Below are positions 62,830-64,000 of a stretch of DNA of 64,000 bases, piece by piece. The position numbers were made by a program, and so were the translations under genes. This stretch comes from Octopus sinensis (taxonomy: Eukaryota). Below the pieces are notes generated by a model. It did no database searches. It was not told the origin of the DNA and saw nothing but the letters and a program-made list of their open reading frames with translations. The number at the start of each line of letters is the position of its first letter. The first letter of the stretch is position 1. The stretch lies in NCBI RefSeq assembly GCF_006345805.1, contig NC_043009.1, forward strand, positions 8,246,001 to 8,310,000, given 5' to 3'.

Positions 62830-63205
62830 TGGGTGGCTGTGTGGTAAGAAGTTTGCTTCCCAACCACATGGTTCCGGATTCAGTCCCACTGTGTGGCACC
62901 TTGGGCAAGTATCTTTTACTATAGCCCCAGGACGACCAAAGCCTCATGGGTGGATTTGGGAAACAGAAACTCAAAGAAGTCCATTGTATATGTGTGGGTG
63001 CATGTGTTTCTGTCTCTGTCTTTCATTTCTAATATTCAGTTTGAACAAGTCTGACCATGGGGAAACATTACCTTGTTTGGGATCAGGTGAGAGTTGGTGG
63101 CAGGAAGGGCATCCGGGTGTAGAAAATCTGCCTCAAATAAACTCTGTACAATCCATGCAAGTATGGAAAAGTGTACGTTGAATGGTTATAATCAAAATGA
63201 TGAGG
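62830..63205 (+). mobile_element. SINE family A, tail type 2
   Basis: Head GGTGGCTGTGTGGTAAGAAG; tail GGTGGCAGGAAGGGCATCCGG..CCATGCAAGTATGGAAAAG. Confidence 0.8.
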
Positions 63206-63490
63206 ATGATATGCTAGCATAGGTTGGACGGTTCGACCGGGGTCTGGGAAGCCCGGAGGCTGCACCAGGCTCCAGTCTGATCTGGCAGTGTTTCTACAGC
63301 TGGATGCCCTTCCTAACGCCAACCACTCCGTAAGTGTAGTGGGTGCTTTTTACATGCCACCGGAGGCTGGCAACAGCCACGATCGGTTGGTGCTTTTTAC
63401 ATGCCACTGGCATGGAAGCCAGTCAAGGTGGCGCTGGCATCGGCCACGTACAGATGATGCATTTTACATTTCACCAGCACAGGTATTTGA
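63206..63490 (-). mobile_element. RTE-type LINE/SINE 3' end
   Basis: Inverted relative of 11520-11668 and extends further 5'. Confidence 0.72.
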
Positions 63491-64000
63491 CTGGTGGCTG
63501 TTGGTGCTGTCACCTACAGTTGCTTTTGGGGTAAGAAAGAGCGAAAAAGAGAGTTTACTATGAAATAAAAGAGAGGGTGAAGTTTCCTTTTAAGGGGTGA
63601 GAGCCGCTATGGATTTACAATTTTTTATTATTATTATGAGAGGTTTTTTTCTTATGAAAGAAAGAGCATATGAAATGATGTTTCCATATAATACTTTTTC
63701 TTTTTTTCATTTCAAGTGTCCTAGTAATTTTAGAAAGCATTATTTCATCCTCCATACAACATAACTTGAGATCATGAAATTAGTTGGCCTAAGTTCATTT
63801 GAAACCTTTAGGAATTATATACAATCAATTTTTTCTTCTTCTTCTTTTTTTATTACTCTTTTAACATTGGAGAAAAAGAGTGAAAAGATAGCTGCAGGGA
63901 AATGAATGCCCAAGAATCATTTAAAATTAAAATTAACATTTTATACAAGTATGGTTGATATTTTCTATGTTTTTTTTTATTTTTAACACTGGAGGAGCAA

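Overview
AT-rich, microsatellite-rich animal genomic DNA. The SINE/MITE repertoire looks like Octopus (recognised by eye, not searched). No intact protein-coding gene and no convincing host exon can be supported. Every recognisable coding segment is a decayed transposable element: two mariners, a Tc1, a maT-like element, a POGK-like pogo (DD35D), an RT-less Gypsy with both LTRs and a TSD, and R4/Dong and RTE LINE remnants. There are also two non-autonomous Helitrons, several MITEs and dozens of tRNA-derived SINEs (families A, B, C, E are my local labels). The most interesting signal is a set of short, ORF-less, mutually unrelated insertions carrying minimal type I hammerhead ribozyme (HHR) folds, mostly with palindromic stem III and mostly in inverted-repeat configuration. 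They are a canonical twin-HHR palindrome (19.8-20.1 kb), a 353-bp tandem/inverted element with a U3-G8 core (20.4-21.1 kb), an insertion with a swapped G3:C8 core (28.5-28.8 kb), and decayed relics at 15.6, 51.0 and 52.0 kb. These resemble Penelope-like pLTR/retrozyme derivatives. All folds, alignments and coordinates were done by hand; SINE and LINE-remnant boundaries are approximate.
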